DNA of 64,000 nt. It comes from Lama glama. Its lineage: Eukaryota. The notes under the pieces are model-generated. The model was not told the DNA's origin, did not search any database, and was given only the letters and a program-made list of their open reading frames with translations. The first letter of the stretch is position 1; each line of letters begins with the position of its first letter. This document shows positions 62,481 to 64,000 of this stretch, in pieces. The translations under genes and the position numbers were made by a program. The stretch covers positions 11,038,001 through 11,102,000 of the forward strand of contig CM052832.1 in assembly GCA_028534125.1 (NCBI GenBank). Reading direction: 5' to 3'.

Positions 62481-64000
62481 CCCATCAGTACGTAACCACG
62501 CACCCTTGTCATTGGGGGATCCTGTGGGTGGGGCCCCCGCTGTAAGGCACCCCCAGATCCTGCACTTCATCCTGCTGTCTCAGCATTTATCTTTTCTTAC
62601 CCTTCAAGCCTTTACTGCTGCTTTTCTCCCTTCCACGGCTCTTCTTACTCAGGTGTCACAAAAATTGGGCCAGGAGTCCTCCAGGTTAATGATCACCATG
62701 TTAGTTGTTCCCTAAAAATGGAGCTTCTTGTTAAGACATAGAGATCTTGTCCTCAGCTCTTGAATCTCCCAGTTTGGATACAGTCACAGGCGCCCCTTCC
62801 CTTCTGTCCTGTGGGCCAGTCCATGCGTTTATCTGGACCATTAGGACTCACTGGTCCACCTGTTACAATGCTTCTGTGCCAGACAGAGCTTAGGCAACTA
62901 CTCATCTTCTCAGGGAGGAGGCAGCCAGGACCTCAGCTGCCTCATTCCTTACCTCCCGGGAACTTACGTGCCCAGGATGTCTCGTATACATACGGCGCTT
63001 CCAAAAAAAACCACACCTTTTTATAGAGCCATAAGTGGTCCCCAGCACTGGGGACCTCACTGGTACAGGAGCTTTAGGGATGCTGTTGCCCCCTGGCCCT
63101 TGCCCAGGCTGGAGCCAGGGAGGCCTTGCCCCCATGACCAAAGTCATATCTGGGCCCCTGAACTGTACCCTAGGCCAGAGAAAGCAGTGAGAGCAACTAG
63201 GGGAAGGGATTCTTTCCTCCAGCGTTCGGAGCAGAGTGCGCCCAGGGCCCTGAGGCAGGCACCGGGGCACGCAGCCACCCAGAGAAGGAAGGGCAGCGCA
63301 CCGCAGCGTTCCAGCAGGGTGAAAGCTATCCCCTGCACCATCATCGTTCTCCGTGGTGGGCCTCCCCCAGGCCGACGTGGGTCAGGGAGTGGGGGATACC
63401 TTGATAACCCCCCAGAAGGAGGTTGTACCTCTGACACTGACAAGGTAGGTGGCCCAGAGTGTGATGGGAAGCTGGAAGTTGGGAGACCTGTTTGCTTCAT
63501 AAGGAATGATACTGCTCTCAAGGATGTAGAGTAACTAAACTCGTCTGATTTCCATAAAACCCACAGTCACCTGGAACAGGGCCTCTTAGACTTCCACGTG
63601 CGTTAGGATCACTTAGGGGTCTTGTTACTTCAGATTCAGATTCGGAGGTCTGGGCTGGGATTCTGCGTCTCTGACAGCCCTCAGGTGGTGGCAGTGCTGC
63701 TGGCCCCTGGACCACAGCTTTGTAAAAAGAAGCCTACAAGGTTCCTAAGGGACCATTCCCCCCGGGACCATTGAATCAGCCTGTTGCTTTTTGTGCACTT
63801 CTGATGAGCTTAAGGCTTGAAAGACATTGTTTAAATAGATGATTTCCCTTAGTGTCTTGTCTATAAACTATATGATTACTCCTAGCCCTTCTCAGAGAAT
63901 GTGAAGCTGAGAGTAACTAATTGGTAACAGGCTGAGGCCTCACTGTAGTTTTAAGAAGATGAAGGGACAGAGAGGTCATCTGCTCCAGGCTTTGGTCTTC

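Noticed and set aside
62968..63534. 188-aa ORF downstream of the MOCS1A stop as a candidate MOCS1B
   Set aside because: No MoaC motifs (LTHVD, MVDV, LIPLCH, TGVEMEAL); intronic GC-rich sequence. The MOCS1B exon is expected beyond the window end.

Overview
Mammalian genomic DNA, probably camelid (inferred from two Vic-1-like tRNA-derived SINEs and cetartiodactyl-type L1 3' ends), with one 500-N assembly gap at 24341-24840. The only intact protein-coding gene is MOCS1 on the + strand. It has a CpG-rich, GC-box/CCAAT promoter near 37.8 kb and ten GT-AG coding exons (37973-62480) that splice to 1158 nt, a 385-aa MOCS1A radical-SAM GTP 3',8-cyclase ending in Gly-Gly-stop. The last of these exons shows the known MOCS1A/MOCS1B switch: two 5' splice sites 15 nt apart flank the TGA, and the exon is 63 nt and can be skipped in frame. 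The MOCS1B exon is not in the window. The first ~37 kb is repeat-rich intergenic DNA (L1, L2, MIR, ERVL/MaLR and ERV1 solo LTRs, hAT and TcMar DNA transposon fossils) containing an RPL36A processed pseudogene and a consensus CTCF motif. I found no evidence of a wholly undescribed biological system. The most unusual architecture (the MOCS1 switch) is already described. The remaining findings are local: an apparently disabled exon-1b equivalent, a ZNF143-type promoter motif, a SINE with a possible 3' transduction, and a templated duplication inside an L1. Repeat family names come from recalled consensus sequences and repeat boundaries are approximate; RepeatMasker/Dfam is needed to confirm them.
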